From: a virus
IMG/VR virus record: IMGVR_UViG_3300044658_000141
Location: 1 to 64,000 of that record
Length of the DNA stretch: 64,000 nucleotides
Reading direction: 5' to 3' (one strand)
A program made the position numbers and the translations under genes. Below, piece after piece: positions 27,601 through 36,448 of this stretch. The stretch's first letter is position 1. Every line of letters starts with the position of its first letter. The notes under the pieces were generated by a model. The model was not told the origin of the DNA. It worked only from the letters and a program-made list of their open reading frames with translations, and searched no databases.

Positions 27601-29168
27601 AAACTCTGTCCTGCTTTTGCTAACTGGATAAATCCAGGCTCAGCCTGCTTAAACGCTGGTATCACTGAGCTTTGAAACCATTTACCCAAATCTTGTGCAT
27701 GAGACGAAAGAGCCTGGAGCAAATTTGCACCAGGACTCATATTGGCAAAAAACTTCATCACCTGTGTTGTAACCGGCCCAATCGTACTGTCTACAGCAAA
27801 GAGGATGCCATTAAAGCCAGCTATAATTGGATTAAGACCGTTTTTTACAAAATTGCTTGCTGTACTACCTATTGACTGAAACATTGGAGCAAGCGAAGAT
27901 GCAATAACACTTGCTACCTGGCTGACAATATCTTTAACATAGGCAAATCCTACTCCAAGTAATTTGAAGGTCTCCTGAAATTTAGAAAGAGGCCCGTTTG
28001 CTGAGTTTGTACCATTGATTAAATTGCTGAGCCCTCCAACAAAATCCCCAATTTTAGTAACAACGGGCGTTACAATTGGAAGCAGTTTTTCGCCAAGCGT
28101 GATCAGTAAAACATTAAGAGCAGCCTTAGCGCGATCTATTTGAAAATTAAAATCTTGCTGGACAAGAGCCCATCCCTGAACATCTCCCTTTCCATTCGCC
28201 ATCGCAGCACTAATACTTTTGATATTGTTTTCATAGGCTTGCATATTTTGACCACCAAGCATCAGCGCAACGTTGTAACCGGTCGCACCACCCATGATCG
28301 CTTTAAAAGCGGCGACGGCCTGGACACTGCCTGCCGGGAATTTTTTGTTGACGTGATCCTCAATAAGCTGAATAGCAGCAGCCAAGCCCTGATTACTTAG
28401 CGTGTCCTTTAGTTGCTGTGCAGACAACCCAACTTCTTGCATCGCTTTTTGAGCAGATGCTCCCGGCGCCGCAAGCGAACGAATGGCATTAGCGAGGTTC
28501 ATTGATGCACGCTGAGCGGTCATGCCTGCATTGGTCATAGTACTGATCGCACCAGCGACCTGTGGGAAAGAAATATGCAGTGAGGATGCCAGTGGAAGTA
28601 CATTGCCCATGGCCGAGGCCATATCCTGCATGTGTGTCTTTCCAGCAGCGACTGCTGCCACCAAGCCGTTCATGGCACTCGTGGCAGCAGTCGCTGGCAT
28701 GTGATAATCAGTCAGCGTGGTAGTCAAAGCCTTAGCTACTGTGTCAAGATCCGCATTTCCCACTCGTGCCCCCTCCGCAGCCGCTTTCAAAACTTGAAGT
28801 CCCGCTGCGCCGTGTTGCCCACTACTCTCTATCTCATACATTGCTGCCGATAAGTCTTTTGTTGACGTGCCCGTCGCTGTAGACAATTGCAATATTCCAG
28901 CACTGACTTGTTTTATATTGCTTTGTGCCTCCCCTGCACCAGTCACAAGTTGTGTCATCGATTGCTGAAAATCTCCGGCTGATTTGACTGCTGCAACACC
29001 AATCCCAACCACAGCAGCGGCAGCGGCAGCGCCCGCAGTAACAACACCTCCCAATGCACTACCACCTGTAAGGCCCTTGAGCGTTTGAGTAACGCCACTT
29101 ACTACAGATTGCACATTAGATGCATTTGCGCTTATAAGTATATTAAGTGCCAGGTCTCCTGCTGCCAA
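24606..29168 (-). CDS. Tail tape measure protein (TP901-type)
   Basis: 1520 aa Ala/Gly-rich helical protein; 11-residue Trp periodicity; follows chaperone. Confidence 0.93.
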   Translation of the reverse strand: MAAGDLALNILISANASNVQSVVSGVTQTLKGLTGGSALGGVVTAGAAAAAAVVGIGVAAVKSAGDFQQSMTQLVTGAGEAQSNIKQVSAGILQLSTATGTSTKDLSAAMYEIESSGQHGAAGLQVLKAAAEGARVGNADLDTVAKALTTTLTDYHMPATAATSAMNGLVAAVAAGKTHMQDMASAMGNVLPLASSLHISFPQVAGAISTMTNAGMTAQRASMNLANAIRSLAAPGASAQKAMQEVGLSAQQLKDTLSNQGLAAAIQLIEDHVNKKFPAGSVQAVAAFKAIMGGATGYNVALMLGGQNMQAYENNIKSISAAMANGKGDVQGWALVQQDFNFQIDRAKAALNVLLITLGEKLLPIVTPVVTKIGDFVGGLSNLINGTNSANGPLSKFQETFKLLGVGFAYVKDIVSQVASVIASSLAPMFQSIGSTASNFVKNGLNPIIAGFNGILFAVDSTIGPVTTQVMKFFANMSPGANLLQALSSHAQDLGKWFQSSVIPAFKQAEPGFIQLAKAGQSLLGTLSSVGNTVHNAFQGAFSALLPVFEAIIPYAIKLAGVISDVLGKAIQFLAPYVSQAVAALGQFVVEITQRIAPILVQMISQWNTNLDEFLRVWNAVWPFLAPLLKGVWDEIVGIVKVAWSLISGIINIGLDILGGNWKQAWSDFKDMLSGVWDGIKTYLQGAWEIISGVALAAWSKIQEGWRAAGSFFQNIGESIGNTLKQAWSTISDAAQTAWKNIAKIFSDIGSGISQNLQSAWNGIVTSAKNAWSAIQNTAQTAWNDLVKFIKSVIQNIVDDFQWLYQHNYYFADLVDFIRKVMTDVTTWLKKTWENVVTWITDQWNSLKDAATSAWQAVQSAVETSVSDVTNAIQSAWNTSIQWLTDQWNSMANLATTAWNAVSQAFSRAWNAISSALSALWNNISKWWTTTTTQVSTAASNLWKQVSTVFGNAWSTYIQKPLATLLTNIQNWFNGLIKNVQTWVANMMNMFAQGITNGAQAVIKAATNVGQQIASILGFHSPPPTGPLATSNTWMPNMMNMFAQGITSGLATVQKAATNVAQTIKNFLGIQSPAATGPLSTADTWMPNLMSMFSSQITQNTPKVTNATNNMTQQVQNAVNQMSIKVQQDVQNMMQKISNVGTSLRQMQSQVSQSVNQMQTQVSQATQQMAAQVNLAVSQANLAITNMQQTVSSSVSQMNQQIASVSQSISQMQQSVSSAINSTESSVQNATSAMSAQLQQTNAQINAMSSNAQQQEGQVQQGMDVTVQMMNSSAQQISQVFSSISDFANSQSALAKSDIQSIQQDLSAAQAANNKLQLIEDQAKIALLNISNAVYSAMTMVANSAASFFGHSEPSAGPLAGDSQWGIHFLQNFVSGMQSQIPALATVSQQAALQIIENFLPNTKAMATDVKTALAQAAAAAGDTIIKLKQSGDDIYATIRHITSTGGTAGIPATYATTTANVRGDIPIVYQLTPAIPGTAGTQTAQNMTIHIDMDGKSISKIVTKYQHGELRAQGGIRNV

Positions 29169-29179
29169 TTAGCACACCT

Positions 29180-29766
29180 TTACTTTGCTTCTTCTTTTGC
29201 TTCTCTTTGAACTGCCCATTTTGCCGCAATGCGCAACTTATGTTTGACTGCTTTCTCTTGTGGACTGGATAGATACCCCCAATATCCGCCGAAGAGTGGG
29301 TACAACTCTTCTTCAAAGATCTCTATAGGCGTACTTTCGCCATGTTTGAGCTTACCTCGATATGCTCGTTGACAGAGTCTAAAAAATCCTCCTGTTCCTC
29401 TTCTGACATCGCACTAGCTAACTGGTCGAGCCGTTCCAGGATCGGATTGCTATAATTAGCTGGCAATTGGCGAATATTTGCCGGTGTAACTGGCACTTTT
29501 TGTCCATGACGCAAAAAAGTCCAGTCGATAATCATGCGGTCAAGCAATGCATAGCGCCCAGTTCCGGCCTGCATCTGCATGTCGCCCTGTTTGCTGGACT
29601 TGACATAATGGTTGTTTACATATTCCTGGTCAGCGACGGTTACTATTCCCTTCAACAAAACTTGTTCGTGCTGTTCCCATCCCCATTTTCGGCGAAATGC
29701 GTCAGATGCTGTTGTATTATTGGGGTCTGGTAAGATAATCGGTTCTACATCGTCAAATGCGCCCAT
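29180..29766 (-). CDS. Tail assembly chaperone, G-T -1 frameshift product
   Basis: Slippery T TTT TTA at 29386-29380; -1 frame open to TAA at 29180, just before the TMP start. Confidence 0.8.
29323..29766 (-). CDS. Tail assembly chaperone (gpG-like)
   Basis: Between tube and TMP; IIDW..VT..NI..LP. Confidence 0.8.
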   Translation of the reverse strand: MGAFDDVEPIILPDPNNTTASDAFRRKWGWEQHEQVLLKGIVTVADQEYVNNHYVKSSKQGDMQMQAGTGRYALLDRMIIDWTFLRHGQKVPVTPANIRQLPANYSNPILERLDQLASAMSEEEQEDFLDSVNEHIEVSSNMAKVRL

Positions 29767-29793
29767 GATGTCCCTCTTTTCTGCTTGATTGAA

Positions 29794-31404
29794 TTATGCT
29801 GTATAGTTCGGTGGCATCTGCGAGATGACGGCTAGCTTGTATGCTCCGCCGATTCCGCTATCATACTCTGTTTGCCAGGTAGATGTTGCTACCACACTGC
29901 CTTTGCTTGGATCAGATGTGACATCAAACCCACCGTCAGAGCGAACTGGTAGTGTCCAGGTCCACGATTTGTAGTAAGCGGTGCCTGATGAGGTGCCTAT
30001 GTACTGCCCAAGAAACTGGACAGCTAGGTATTGCTTGAGGTTTTGGCGAAATTGCTCATATTGCAGGAGATCAATGAAGTCAAATACGACTGTTGCAGTA
30101 CAACTGCGTTTAACGGGGTAGGCACGGTTGTAACTCTGTGTGTTTACAAATGTAAAGTGATCTTCCTGCGGAACTTTCAAGTCAACTTTTAATTCTTCAA
30201 TGTTGACATTCTGAGTGGTTAATGGCGTGCCAGTAATAGCATCCAGATATACTTGTGTCTGCCAGCCAACAATCGGCAGGTCATTCAGGTTGACACCAAG
30301 AGCGGCGATGCGATTTGTACCAGAAAGTGGTGTTGTGGTTCTGTCTCCAATTGGTAAGCGATCCTGGGCCTTACCTTTTCCAGTTAAAGAGATTTCACTT
30401 TGCACTTTGGCATCAAATGTACCTTCCTCAAAAATGGAAAAAGGATGTGTCCATGAACCAGTACCGTCATACCACTCAACTACAGCAGAGTACTGCGCAG
30501 CGCCTGATAAAAACGTATATTGCCATCCAAAAACTCCTGTCACTGCAAGCGTAGCCACCGTACTGGCATTAGTAATACCTGATGCATTGATCGCAGAGTA
30601 CACATTACTGCTGTAATAGGTTCCATTTCCGGTGATGGAAATAGACTCAGATACATTTGTTACTCCATTTACTGTTCCAGTAAGTGTAAGTGTGCCAGGC
30701 GTTGTGAATGCAGTAATCGCTAAAATGATTTTCATCCCCGGCGCCGTAGGCTGCGTTGTTAAACTCATCGTCGAAGTGATGGATGTGGCAGATAATAAAG
30801 AGGCTGGTGTGGATGGGATGGTCGCCGTGGAGACTGGCGCGCCCATTATTACATAAGGCCACCATAAACTAATATCAGCGTAGACATCTTGTTTAATCTC
30901 ATCAATGGTTGTATTCTGGATAAGTTGCACAACCTTTTTGTCACGTTCAATAAGTGCATTGTGCTCGTTTGGTGAATAAATCTTTGGTGTACGTTTCGAT
31001 TTTACAGTTGACGGTAAAGCGTACTTTCCGGCTTGTATACCATAAATAGCAATAATGCCATTAGTCAAACCTGTTGCTGTGATATTAGTGAGAGCGGTAT
31101 AAGCGTTAACAGAAACGATTTCAAAATTTGCCATCTGCCCTGATTGCACTTGCTGTTGTGTTAATGCTGCCACAGTAAAGGTCTCCGAGTTGCCAGGAAC
31201 ACCGGTACCATTAATGGTAAAGCTTCCAGAGGCTGTAAAATTGGTAAGTTTAATATGAAGCCTCATCCCAGTGCTGCCAGACGGCGCTGTAATACCTGTT
31301 ATAGTAGCGGTGATAGCCGTGGGAATGAGTAATTGCTGTTCACCAGGATTGGCCTCAACAATGATATTGGCTACACCTTTTGCTGCTGTTGCGGTTATAG
31401 GCAT
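29794..31404 (-). CDS. Major tail tube protein with extra domains
   Basis: Position before chaperone; beta-rich 536 aa. Confidence 0.7.
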   Translation of the reverse strand: MPITATAAKGVANIIVEANPGEQQLLIPTAITATITGITAPSGSTGMRLHIKLTNFTASGSFTINGTGVPGNSETFTVAALTQQQVQSGQMANFEIVSVNAYTALTNITATGLTNGIIAIYGIQAGKYALPSTVKSKRTPKIYSPNEHNALIERDKKVVQLIQNTTIDEIKQDVYADISLWWPYVIMGAPVSTATIPSTPASLLSATSITSTMSLTTQPTAPGMKIILAITAFTTPGTLTLTGTVNGVTNVSESISITGNGTYYSSNVYSAINASGITNASTVATLAVTGVFGWQYTFLSGAAQYSAVVEWYDGTGSWTHPFSIFEEGTFDAKVQSEISLTGKGKAQDRLPIGDRTTTPLSGTNRIAALGVNLNDLPIVGWQTQVYLDAITGTPLTTQNVNIEELKVDLKVPQEDHFTFVNTQSYNRAYPVKRSCTATVVFDFIDLLQYEQFRQNLKQYLAVQFLGQYIGTSSGTAYYKSWTWTLPVRSDGGFDVTSDPSKGSVVATSTWQTEYDSGIGGAYKLAVISQMPPNYTA

Positions 31405-31689
31405 TTATTTGTCTACCTTTCTAGATTTATTGTCTGTTGCCCTTTTAACTGCAACAGGTGATGACTGTTGCTCCGCTCCAATAATGCTTGGCCTGGTTGA
31501 TTGAAGCAACGCTGTAAGCATGCGTGAGGTGATAATTTGATCCTCATCCGCAGGAGGCACTGCGAGAAGGCGCGTCGCTACGACTTTGTTTTCATCTGTG
31601 TCAATATCTATTTCTTGACCTGCATGGAATTCACCAGGAATGCCTGGAATAACCATACTTGATCCAATAATTTTATAGGTCTGTATCAA
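31405..31689 (-). CDS. Small virion-associated protein carrying the shared N-terminal module
   Basis: GGGAGG RBS with TTG start; IQTY..PGIPGEFHAGQEIDIDT. Confidence 0.6.
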   Translation of the reverse strand: MIQTYKIIGSSMVIPGIPGEFHAGQEIDIDTDENKVVATRLLAVPPADEDQIITSRMLTALLQSTRPSIIGAEQQSSPVAVKRATDNKSRKVDK

Positions 31690-31711
31690 AGGTGCCTCCC
31701 TTGCCAGAAAT

Positions 31712-31743
31712 AAAAAAACTTGAGTTGGTGGCTCAAGGCTCGA
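31712..31743 (-). promoter_or_regulatory. GAGCC-GAGCCAC hairpin/U-tract element, copy E
   Basis: TCGAGCCTTGAGCCACCAACTCAAGTTTTTTT. Confidence 0.75.
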
Positions 31744-31769
31744 AAAGGTTTTATGTAACAAAAAAAGAT

Positions 31770-34037
31770 TTATAAAACTTGCGCATACATAAAACTTGAA
31801 CTAGTTGAGAGCGACCCAGCGGTTACTGATGATGGCAAACTGCTTTGCCCCGTCCACACAGCCGTAAGCCGTGGATCGTTGGAGTTACTTGATCCGGTGC
31901 TGCAAATGACGCCCGTTACCGTTGGTGCCGTTGCAGCCGTCACGACAATAGCCCCGATGGCATATTGCTGTCCCTGCGCTAGTGTTACCGATGCTGCCAT
32001 GTTTCTTGTGTAATCTGTATTAGCTGATGCAAAAATAGATGTATCGTTGCTAATTGATGAAAGTAGCGTCAAATTACCGGAACTGTCCACACTGTATAAA
32101 CCAAATTGCACCAATGTAGGAGTGGCCCCTGCGGCAGTGGAACCGCTTTGCATTCTTATCTGTGTCACAGTCTCATTTTTGCGTGCGCGAAAATAGGCCA
32201 CTCGAAAAGTGCCACTGGACAAGGTGATGTTTGTGAGATTACTTGCTGCCCAGCGAGGCATCGTCTCCTCTCCAGCCGTTTGGATGCCAACCATCTCTGA
32301 AGTAATGATCGTTGGCAACTTCGGTCCAATTTGAAGTAGATTTTGCATATTATTGATCATCGTTACACCGGAAATTGGCGCGTAAGGGTACACAGCAGTA
32401 ATTCCGTATGGCGTTGCACGCTGATCAATGATCGTATTATTTTCGATGTAGATATCCGTGACGGTTGCTGCCTGGTCAATAAGGATGCCAACGTTTTGTG
32501 GATTAGTCATTCCGGTAAGATTCGTACCAATAACCGTTGATCCGTCAGCATAGTACTGTGTCCCAATGTCCATGATGAGGTTGTTGGCAATTTTTACGCC
32601 CTGACATCCGTTGAGATAGACACCCGACCGTGGCGCCCGACGAATCATATTATTTGTAATTAACAATTGTTTAGCGTAGAATGTTGGAGAAGATGGAGCA
32701 TTGGAAGGATATCCACGAACTGCAATACCATTACACTGAATATCTGTAATATTATCGGATGGGCCACGATTATAACCCTGATCTATCGTGTTCCCTGAAA
32801 CTATACCATAAAGCGGCGCATCCTCTAAACGAATCCCATTTTGCCCTACATTTTTAATTGTGTTACCTATGCATGAGAAATCTGTTGGGCCGTAATCAGT
32901 TGAGTTGCCAGCCGAAATAAAACCAGACAGCCAGATGCCATCAAAGCAAGATAATTCGGCAGTATTACCGGTGCAAGTTATCTTGCTATTGCCTCGCGAT
33001 ATGGAAAATCCATTATCAGCGCTCATGTAAGAGTGGCAATTTGCTAGGATGACCTCCTGATTAAAGCCAAATCCAACATCTTTTGTATTTGTAAATTCGC
33101 AATTGGTTACACTGGTTATGCCTGTTATACCAAACAAACGAATTGGTAATGATGAAATATTGCGAAAAGCGCAGTTACGAACTGTAATATTTGTAATAAC
33201 CGTTGTGCTATTAGCAGCATCAAGCGATCCGTCAAAGTAAAGCGCTGTTGTTGTACCAGCGCTAGATGTTGTGCGTGCCTGCGTTGGGACAGAAACAGTT
33301 TGGTTTACGGTGCCGATAAAAAGCATATCAGCAAACGAGATATTGCTGATAGCGGTACTGCTATGTGAGAAAACGAAGTCGTTTGCAGAACATTGAAAAA
33401 CAGTCGAGATACCTTGCCCTTGAAACAGAATATTAGAATTGACGATCGAGTAATGCGCTGAAAATGAATAAGTTCCTTCGGTAAAAAGTACACGTCCACC
33501 ACCAGCAGGCAGGGTACTCACCGCACTAGAAATAGTGTTTTGATCGGCTGAACCAGTACAGACAAAATCAGCACGCGCTTGAGAGCGTGGTGAAGCATTG
33601 GACGCTGCAACAACAACAGTAGCCGATTCTGATGGAAGCAGGCTTGAACCATACCAATAGGTCCCATTCCAAGTGTAGCTCTTTTGAGACAGTGGAGGGA
33701 TAGTATCACTTGTTCCGGCTGCGACATTGCTAGTTCCAACCGCCAGAAAAGTAGCAGGATAATTTGAGATATTAATAACTGTTTGTTTTTGACCAATTTG
33801 TGTTCCTGCCTGCAAAACGTAATTGGAGGTTGTGCTTACTGGATTAATACTGACAAGAGATCCTGTATTCGTAGGAATTGTGCTCGTTGTTACTGGAGTA
33901 ATCGGCGTTCCAATTGGCGCAACAGAAACAACGCTCATCGTACTCGTGTCAACCGTAACCTGTGAGCCCGCAGGCCAAGTTCCAACAACGCCATCAATTG
34001 TGCCTGGCTCGTTGAATATGTAAATCTGTTGTGCCAT
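31770..34037 (-). CDS. Right-handed beta-helix virion protein (depolymerase-like)
   Basis: ADFVCTG..GGGRVLFTEGTY; GN/NN beta-helix repeats. Confidence 0.8.
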   Translation of the reverse strand: MAQQIYIFNEPGTIDGVVGTWPAGSQVTVDTSTMSVVSVAPIGTPITPVTTSTIPTNTGSLVSINPVSTTSNYVLQAGTQIGQKQTVINISNYPATFLAVGTSNVAAGTSDTIPPLSQKSYTWNGTYWYGSSLLPSESATVVVAASNASPRSQARADFVCTGSADQNTISSAVSTLPAGGGRVLFTEGTYSFSAHYSIVNSNILFQGQGISTVFQCSANDFVFSHSSTAISNISFADMLFIGTVNQTVSVPTQARTTSSAGTTTALYFDGSLDAANSTTVITNITVRNCAFRNISSLPIRLFGITGITSVTNCEFTNTKDVGFGFNQEVILANCHSYMSADNGFSISRGNSKITCTGNTAELSCFDGIWLSGFISAGNSTDYGPTDFSCIGNTIKNVGQNGIRLEDAPLYGIVSGNTIDQGYNRGPSDNITDIQCNGIAVRGYPSNAPSSPTFYAKQLLITNNMIRRAPRSGVYLNGCQGVKIANNLIMDIGTQYYADGSTVIGTNLTGMTNPQNVGILIDQAATVTDIYIENNTIIDQRATPYGITAVYPYAPISGVTMINNMQNLLQIGPKLPTIITSEMVGIQTAGEETMPRWAASNLTNITLSSGTFRVAYFRARKNETVTQIRMQSGSTAAGATPTLVQFGLYSVDSSGNLTLLSSISNDTSIFASANTDYTRNMAASVTLAQGQQYAIGAIVVTAATAPTVTGVICSTGSSNSNDPRLTAVWTGQSSLPSSVTAGSLSTSSSFMYAQVL

Positions 34038-34056
34038 GTTGTTCCTTCATAAATGC

Positions 34057-34108
34057 AAAAAGCCTCAGAGTTTGTGGCTCCGAGGCTCGTTAAATTAGCT
34101 TGATTATA
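34057..34108 (-). promoter_or_regulatory. Extended -10 (TGcTATAAT) plus hairpin element, copy D
   Basis: ACGAGCCTCGGAGCCACAAACTCTGAGGCTTTTT at 34090-34057. Confidence 0.78.
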
Positions 34109-34162
34109 GCACGTCGCAATGGGATTGAGTAGAGGCGGCCTTCGGCCTGGTGCAGGAAATGA

Positions 34163-34666
34163 TCACGAAACCACACCAGGAGGCGTGATCACGAACCACT
34201 CCTGAAGTATGAGTATCTCGCAAACGTAAGCCCTCAACCATTGCTGATTGCGAAATACTCTAAAAAATCTGGATGAATTTGGCCGAAGTTGCGAATGATA
34301 CACGCTCCCAGCGCCACCAAGAGTTGCATGTGTTTGAAACGGGACCATCAGAGCATCACGCACATTACAGATCGTCTGTTCTGCTGTTTGTGCATTATCC
34401 AGGCTAACCAGAGAGAGCAAATACCAGGATTGCGTGTCTTTAATTTTGCCTCCAAACCCCTTGTGTTGACTATCATCCGTATTAGCATAGACCTCTAGTG
34501 AAACATTGCCTCCTGCCACGTTGTTGGTCACATCCTTTTGTTCGCCCAGAGTGACAGTCGTGTACACAAGAGTACTTGTACCTGGATAAACTAACGCTTG
34601 AGCAAAACTGACTATTGCATTCCCTACCGCAAGAGTATTTGGTGCATTTGAATATAAATTTGACAT
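34163..34666 (-). CDS. Putative tail terminator/completion protein
   Basis: Synteny and size. Confidence 0.55.
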   Translation of the reverse strand: MSNLYSNAPNTLAVGNAIVSFAQALVYPGTSTLVYTTVTLGEQKDVTNNVAGGNVSLEVYANTDDSQHKGFGGKIKDTQSWYLLSLVSLDNAQTAEQTICNVRDALMVPFQTHATLGGAGSVYHSQLRPNSSRFFRVFRNQQWLRAYVCEILILQEWFVITPPGVVS

Positions 34667-34682
34667 TTAAGCACTTTTCTTT

Positions 34683-35150
34683 TTAATATGTTGTAGAACT
34701 AATGATAGGTCCATTGATACTTGTCAAAGCCAGTTCTTTCCATGCGCTGTCAAGAGACCGTGAGAACGTCTTTCGTATCCAATCTGTTTCATTTTCTAGT
34801 GTATATTCCATGTAGTAGATGCCGGGGTCATTGGTAAAATGCCTGCCCAGACTATCTGTCATTCCTGAGAAGCCTTGCTCTCTCCTCCAAGCATAAGGTG
34901 AATCGTTTACAAGCGCTCCTGAGACAGGCATAGATGATGAGTAAATCTGCTGAATAAAATTGTGTTCCAATGTTCCAGTTGGATGCTTAAATTTGCTTGA
35001 CATATAATCTTGCGCTGAGGAGAAAAGGTGATCTAAGCTCAATCTCAGAGCTATAGTCATCCATTCATCAAGTGCTGGCCCCCAATTACTAAATTTTTGT
35101 AGATCCTCCAGCCCTTGTACTTCAACCTGAAGAAAACCAGTTCCTGCCAT
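34683..35150 (-). CDS. HK97 gp10-like neck/tail completion protein
   Basis: VQGLEDL..TGTL..SPYAWRREQG. Confidence 0.65.
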   Translation of the reverse strand: MAGTGFLQVEVQGLEDLQKFSNWGPALDEWMTIALRLSLDHLFSSAQDYMSSKFKHPTGTLEHNFIQQIYSSSMPVSGALVNDSPYAWRREQGFSGMTDSLGRHFTNDPGIYYMEYTLENETDWIRKTFSRSLDSAWKELALTSINGPIISSTTY

Positions 35151-35151
35151 A

Positions 35152-35481
35152 TTAACTCCCTCTCATGCGTGTTACCACCCACTGAAAATGTCCCGTAATA
35201 GTATCAATACTAGGCTCACTCACAATGCGATACTGACGTAGGCGACCTGTGACCGCATCAATAACAACCTGATCAACCATTAAATCACGGAAGAGCACAA
35301 ATTGAGGATTATTCAGGGGAAGCATTGTTGTATATACATTGTAGGTAAAATGCGGGTCTGCACCCTGGTATGTTGCCGCTTCCATTGCAGGTAACTTATC
35401 GAGTTGTACCATGATGTTTGTTGCATATGCCGCATTCCCTATACCTTCATGATACAGGTTGACACGTAAATCTTCAGAAAT
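35152..35481 (-). CDS. Putative head closure protein (start possibly ATT at 35481; first ATG at 35412)
   Basis: Synteny; GGAGG lies 6 nt before an in-frame ATT. Confidence 0.6.
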   Translation of the reverse strand: MSEDLRVNLYHEGIGNAAYATNIMVQLDKLPAMEAATYQGADPHFTYNVYTTMLPLNNPQFVLFRDLMVDQVVIDAVTGRLRQYRIVSEPSIDTITGHFQWVVTRMRGS

Positions 35482-35498
35482 AATACACCTCCAACCTG

Positions 35499-36389
35499 TC
35501 AGAAAGATTGCATCGTGTACGAATCCAAAATCTTTTGCGCGCGCTTACGAAGCAAACTTTCGCCTGAATTATCTCCTCTAAGCACAGCTGAAATATGCCT
35601 CTGTCCACTGGCTAAATCAGGTGCGCCGACTGGATTCAATCGCTTTGCCAGAATATCGCTCGTCAGCAGTACGGCAGCCTCAATTACGTCAGGCGGCATC
35701 ACACTAAAACCTGCGGTATAGGTGATCACAACCTGAGCTTGCCTATACCTACTCGGGACATTCCAGATCGGATAAGGTGATTGTCCAGAGCCTGCTAGTG
35801 GAAGTGGTTGCATATTCGGCATAGAGCAAATTTGCTTGTCTGAATCGATAATCACCTGTGTTGGGTCATACTGGATGGTGTTATTTGGTACTGTCGTGAT
35901 AGACAAGCTGGTAAGTGTCTGGACAGGCCAATGACGTGGCCGAAAATGCAACGCAAATTGATTATCGATAGCCGCGCGCATGGTCGGTAGAGCAAGCATC
36001 TCATTCGTATACGTACTTAGAAAGAGCGATTGTTTACAAATCGTCTCCAATTGCTGAGAAGCTTTAATGATCTGGTCAGCCAGCGAACCGAACACACCAT
36101 CTGTACAGTAACACGTACCTGCGGCATGGGCGTAAGTCGTGGCGGTTACAGAGATGCTTGTTGCACCAATAGAAGCTGTTGCCGTGGCCTGTACTATTTC
36201 TGAATTGGAACCATCAAAGATAGTTATCACATCCCAGGCATTGATTGCCACATTTAAAGCAGGGACAGAAAGTAGCGTAGCTCCAATGGAGACTGCGCTA
36301 CTTAGTCTGCTTGTGTTCCCCACTAAAGAGCCCCACTCAAGACCTGTAGTGGTCCTTTGCCAATCAAACCAGCTGATGTATGTATTCAC
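35499..36389 (-). CDS. Head-tail connector/adaptor
   Basis: IIKASQQLETIC..VITYTAGF..PPDVIEAA..ILDSY. Confidence 0.75.
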   Translation of the reverse strand: MNTYISWFDWQRTTTGLEWGSLVGNTSRLSSAVSIGATLLSVPALNVAINAWDVITIFDGSNSEIVQATATASIGATSISVTATTYAHAAGTCYCTDGVFGSLADQIIKASQQLETICKQSLFLSTYTNEMLALPTMRAAIDNQFALHFRPRHWPVQTLTSLSITTVPNNTIQYDPTQVIIDSDKQICSMPNMQPLPLAGSGQSPYPIWNVPSRYRQAQVVITYTAGFSVMPPDVIEAAVLLTSDILAKRLNPVGAPDLASGQRHISAVLRGDNSGESLLRKRAQKILDSYTMQSF

Positions 36390-36448
36390 AGAACCTCCGC
36401 CTGTGGGTGCCCCGCTCTTTTAAGGCAGGGAGGAAACAAGCAGCCTAA

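Noticed and set aside
14133-34037. Diversity-generating retroelement or shufflon acting on the spikes
   Set aside because: No reverse transcriptase, no TR/VR pair and no inverted crossover repeats seen
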